Source: an uncultured Candidatus Saccharibacteria bacterium
Lineage (GTDB): Bacteria > Patescibacteriota > Saccharimonadia > Saccharimonadales > Saccharimonadaceae
Direction: 5' to 3'
Assembly: GCA_964633035.1 (NCBI GenBank)
Contig: CAZWCY010000002.1
Location: 320 to 64,319, forward strand
DNA length: 64,000 nt
A program made the position numbers and the translations under genes. Numbering within the stretch: the stretch's first letter is position 1; each line of letters begins with the position of its first letter. Below, one piece after another: positions 60,571 to 64,000 of this stretch. The notes below the pieces were generated by a model. It had not been told where the DNA came from. It did not search any database and was given only the letters and a program-made list of their open reading frames with translations.

Positions 60571-61641
60571 TTAATACCAGTAGCCTCGCTTGGTAATTCC
60601 ATTACAAACACCAGTACACCACCAGAAATCGCGTGCGCCTTGCCACCCACCGTACCGATTCACGTATTGGTTCATCCACCGAATTTGCGTTACCGGGTTA
60701 GTCTCCCAGTCATCGCCGGCACTGGCCATCTTATTACCAGGCAAAGCCTGCGGAATCCCGTACGCGCCAGAGCTAGCGTTTTTGGCATCCACACGACAAC
60801 CTGATTCATGATAAATCAGCTCCAGCGCAGCTTCCAAATTCTCCTCGCCCACACCAGCCTCGCGAATCCAAGCCGCGCAAGTTTCCTGTTCTGGCGCCAC
60901 CGAAACCCGCGCCCCCTCCACAATAATTTCCGGCACTGCTTCCATCAAAACTTTTTCTTCGACCAAATTGCGCGCCACCTCAACATTATTCTCAAATTCC
61001 ACTTCATAAATACTCACGCGGCGGCCGTCTGACCCTACTTGCTCCAGTGCCCGCTCCCCCTTCGGGCGATTATAATCATAGCGCACCTCTACCTCGTATG
61101 GCAAATCTTCTTCGATAGTCAAGCGTCGCCCGCCATTGCGTTGAATCCGATAAGTCGATACTGCACCCGCCTCAAGAAAATTCGTATTAAACTCAGTTTG
61201 AACTTCATCGTCATCATAAACTGTCAGACCGGCCTCTATTGCAATCTGTTTCGGATCATAACTCGCCGTCATTACATACTTGCGCTGCACACCATCAATC
61301 ACCAGAGCTGGGCGTGCTCGATAAATATTAATATTATAATTCCCTTGAATCACGGTCTCTAGACTTGGCTCCACGATATCGGTTTCTGCTACCTGCACAT
61401 CTGAACGCGCCAACACTTCTCGTACCGTCACCGGGCCAGTCTTCACCACTAAATTTGCGCCATCATCGTGAATTGTCACAAAAAACTCACCGTCTGCGGC
61501 TGGTCGCATCACGACATTGTCGCTTTCGTCCGCATAAACCCGTGCCGGTCGGAAAATCGTTGCCACCAAAAATACCGCCGTACAACACAATAGTAATGCT
61601 GCACAAAAGAATTCTCGACTACGGAAATGCAATTTCATCAT
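60571..61641 (-). CDS. DUF348/G5 domain protein with lytic transglycosylase-like C-terminus (YabE/Rpf-like)
   Basis: Signal/TM, G5-like region, HESG...NASSGAYGIPQALP..KM, Q..WM..Y; adjacent to rsmA. Confidence 0.85.
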   Translation of the reverse strand: MMKLHFRSREFFCAALLLCCTAVFLVATIFRPARVYADESDNVVMRPAADGEFFVTIHDDGANLVVKTGPVTVREVLARSDVQVAETDIVEPSLETVIQGNYNINIYRARPALVIDGVQRKYVMTASYDPKQIAIEAGLTVYDDDEVQTEFNTNFLEAGAVSTYRIQRNGGRRLTIEEDLPYEVEVRYDYNRPKGERALEQVGSDGRRVSIYEVEFENNVEVARNLVEEKVLMEAVPEIIVEGARVSVAPEQETCAAWIREAGVGEENLEAALELIYHESGCRVDAKNASSGAYGIPQALPGNKMASAGDDWETNPVTQIRWMNQYVNRYGGWQGARDFWWCTGVCNGITKRGYWY

Positions 61642-61830
61642 TTCCTCTCCATTATAGCATAGAACCAAGATAAGTTTAAGAATAAAAAATCCCCTCGGCG
61701 CTAAACCAAGGGGATAGGGGTAAAACTAAATCTGCGCTGACAAAACCAGTAAAATTTATGCTTGGTATTTGCACTAAAAGCACTAGGGCCTGCTAAGCTT
61801 ACGCTGGCGTAATTGGCGCCGCAGTCTCCT

Positions 61831-62682
61831 TCAAATCGGTTCCGGGTCGCCAAAACCATGCCCGAAGGCCGCTTCTTCGGCGATACAGCCCAGGTCGCGC
61901 AAAGCGTCAACATCCCGCTGCACATATTCAAAGCGCTCCTCCACCGGATCACCCGCGCCATCAATGTAATAAATCATGGCGAAATCCGTCATCGGGCGCC
62001 AGCCCCAGTCCAAAACGTCTTGGAACTGTGCGATCAGAGTCTCCATGGTTGCCCGACAGTGAGCGCGCTGTGCGGCCGAAGTCTTTCGCGCCGCCGTAGC
62101 CTCGCGCAGATAGTCCTGATATTCCTGCTCTTGGGCGGCCAAAATCTTCGACAGCTCAGAGCGATCCTTACCGATTTGTTCGATCAGCAGGAATCCATCC
62201 GCGCCATCGCCGGCATCATCAGTAATCGCCTGGCAAATCAGCGGATGAGTCTTGTCGGCATAGGCCAACATAGTGACCGAGAGTCCTTCCTCAATAGTGT
62301 CGTCCGGATCGTAGATATACGCCGCCAGATACTCAGCCATGCCCGGCGTCGTCAGTTCAAAACATTGCGTATGGTAGTTGAACTGACCGCACCACAGCTC
62401 AATCCGCGGCGCGCCGGTTAAGCCCAAAGCCGACGCCAGGCCTTTTACACGCTGCGACGTCGCCGTCGTTTGCGGCCAGATCGGCAGACCGTCGTAATCC
62501 ATAGGCAAACGATCCGGAAAAATCATGCTGACCGACATTCCGGCCACCATCGGCATCCGAAATCCTGCCATCGGCAGACGCTCCACCTCCCGGCCTAAAG
62601 CGTACTTAGCCTCCGCCAAGGAGACCGCGTAGAGATCTTCGGCGCTGACGAGCGGTTTTGCGGCGAGTTGCTGCATTTTCAT
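61831..62682 (-). CDS. Hypothetical protein, GC-rich ORFan-like
   Basis: 283 aa, AAGGGGG RBS, own promoter at about 62743-62773. Confidence 0.7.
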   Translation of the reverse strand: MKMQQLAAKPLVSAEDLYAVSLAEAKYALGREVERLPMAGFRMPMVAGMSVSMIFPDRLPMDYDGLPIWPQTTATSQRVKGLASALGLTGAPRIELWCGQFNYHTQCFELTTPGMAEYLAAYIYDPDDTIEEGLSVTMLAYADKTHPLICQAITDDAGDGADGFLLIEQIGKDRSELSKILAAQEQEYQDYLREATAARKTSAAQRAHCRATMETLIAQFQDVLDWGWRPMTDFAMIYYIDGAGDPVEERFEYVQRDVDALRDLGCIAEEAAFGHGFGDPEPI

Positions 62683-62775
62683 GTTTGATACCCCCTTAAA
62701 TAATAAAAAACTTGAGGTCGCCTCAAAAGCAACCTCATATCTCCATTATATCACACTTCAGCTATTTTGTAAAGA

Positions 62776-62839
62776 TTTTGAACACTAAATTTGTTCATTT
62801 TTCCACAGAAACCGCTAGAAATGTTGTAAAAATTACAAC
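62776..62839. repeat. Second copy of the 64-bp dispersed repeat
   Basis: Matches 54229-54292. Confidence 0.8.
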
Positions 62840-62881
62840 ACTGTAACAGAATAACTGCTACCTCACTCAGTTCTCCAAATC

Positions 62882-64000
62882 CTAATCTCCGTTCCAAATC
62901 GGCAAATCTTCCGGAAACGGATCAAAATCGGTGCCTAAATCAGTGTCGAAGTCTGCGCCCAGATTCTCGCCCGCATCAGCTGCGCCGCTAGTAGTATTTG
63001 CGGTAGGCTCGCCAAATTCCCCATCCGGATCACCACCCAAAAGGCCAAAACTGGCACCGCTATAGCTGCTCTCAAAACCACCACCGTTACCAAAACCCGT
63101 CAGCTCGCTACCCACGCGAAAAGCGCCCGACTCGCCAAATTCGCCCGTACCGTAAGGATCGTAGCCGATCTCTAGCAAAAACCGCGAAGGCGGATTGTAA
63201 TTGCGACCGCCAAAACTATAACGCGAACCGGCGAAGGTCAAAAACAACTCTTCCATCGCCCGCGTCATCCCGACGTAGGCCAAGCGACGCTCTTCTTCTA
63301 ACTCATCTACCGAATCGTCCGAACGGCTGCTCGGGAACAAGCCCTCCTCCAGCCCCACCATAAAGACCACCGGAAATTCTAGGCCTTTAGCGGCGTGCAG
63401 CGTCATCAGTGAAACTACGTTATCGCCTGCCGATTCATCGGCCGAGCTCAGCAGAGCGGCATCTTCCAAAAATTCCTCTAGCGTCTCATAAACGCTGGCA
63501 TTACTCGCCAAGACCTCAATATTCTGCATCCGCTCCTCGCCATCCGGCGTATCTGTACGCAGTAGCGAGCCAAAGTTAAACTCAGCAACGATTTTTTCGA
63601 TCATCTCCGCGGCGGTAATCATCTTATCAGCGCGCATCGCCTGCAAAAATCGCTCCACCTTGCGTACCGCGGCATCAGCTCGTGCCGTTAACTTTAAATC
63701 GCCGAGATTAGCTAAATCACATTCAGGGTGCTCATTGAGAAAATTAAAGATCTTCTCCACCGAAGCCGCACCCACGCCACTCAGAATATTTTTGGTGACC
63801 CGCTCAAAACTGACCCGATCCAGCGGATTAACTACTAATTTCAGGAGCGCCAAGACATCTTTGACTTCCTTGCGATCGTAGAACCGCACGCCACCAATAA
63901 TTTTGTAGGGAATTTTTAGCGCAATGAAAGCCTTCTCAAACGCGCTCGACTGCGCATTGGTACGATACAGCACCGCAAAATCGCTGTAATTTCCCCGTTT
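62882..64000 (-). CDS. pcrA: UvrD/PcrA helicase (5' part outside the window)
   Basis: LYRTNAQS, FYDRKEVKD, MTLHAAKGLEF, EERRLAYVGMTRA, PSRFL. Confidence 0.95.
   Translation of the reverse strand, partial: KRGNYSDFAVLYRTNAQSSAFEKAFIALKIPYKIIGGVRFYDRKEVKDVLALLKLVVNPLDRVSFERVTKNILSGVGAASVEKIFNFLNEHPECDLANLGDLKLTARADAAVRKVERFLQAMRADKMITAAEMIEKIVAEFNFGSLLRTDTPDGEERMQNIEVLASNASVYETLEEFLEDAALLSSADESAGDNVVSLMTLHAAKGLEFPVVFMVGLEEGLFPSSRSDDSVDELEEERRLAYVGMTRAMEELFLTFAGSRYSFGGRNYNPPSRFLLEIGYDPYGTGEFGESGAFRVGSELTGFGNGGGFESSYSGASFGLLGGDPDGEFGEPTANTTSGAADAGENLGADFDTDLGTDFDPFPEDLPIWNGD

Noticed and set aside
1-64000. CRISPR array, prophage, transposase, integrase or reverse transcriptase
   Set aside because: No repeat-spacer array and no ORF with recognisable motifs (e.g. 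YxDD in an RT context) were found by eye

Overview
A gene-dense 64-kb chromosomal segment, most likely from a Patescibacteria (CPR) bacterium of the Saccharibacteria/TM7 type. This is inferred from the gene set (single-chain glyS, short metG, LemA/HtpX, many membrane ORFans) and not from a database search. Core genes include ligA, hisS, rarA, ppa, glyS, recO, xseAB, rpmA, uvrA, sbcB, trxB, pheST, metG, rsmA, pcrA (partial) and tRNA-Cys. Many appear leaderless, with ATG a few nt after TGnTATAAT. Single ORFan genes with a stereotyped promoter are interspersed among them. The main discovery candidate is a dispersed, DGR-like surface-protein system with four parts. (i) A stand-alone AAC-rich template-repeat (TR)-like segment at 59155-59340 has its own promoter, and no reverse transcriptase or Avd is recognisable in the window. 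(ii) Three scattered paralogous genes end in a Fib_succ_major/C-type-lectin-like domain homologous to that TR. (iii) A covarying, pseudoknotted ~135-150-nt 5' leader RNA precedes all three genes. (iv) A ~300-nt fold-back RNA carrying a 40-codon ORF converges on the TR. The TR is related to, but is not an A-only match of, any variable region here, so its cognate target and RT probably lie elsewhere. A second notable locus is a kinase-like / vWA / divergent adenylosuccinate-synthetase operon at 15.7-19.1 kb.
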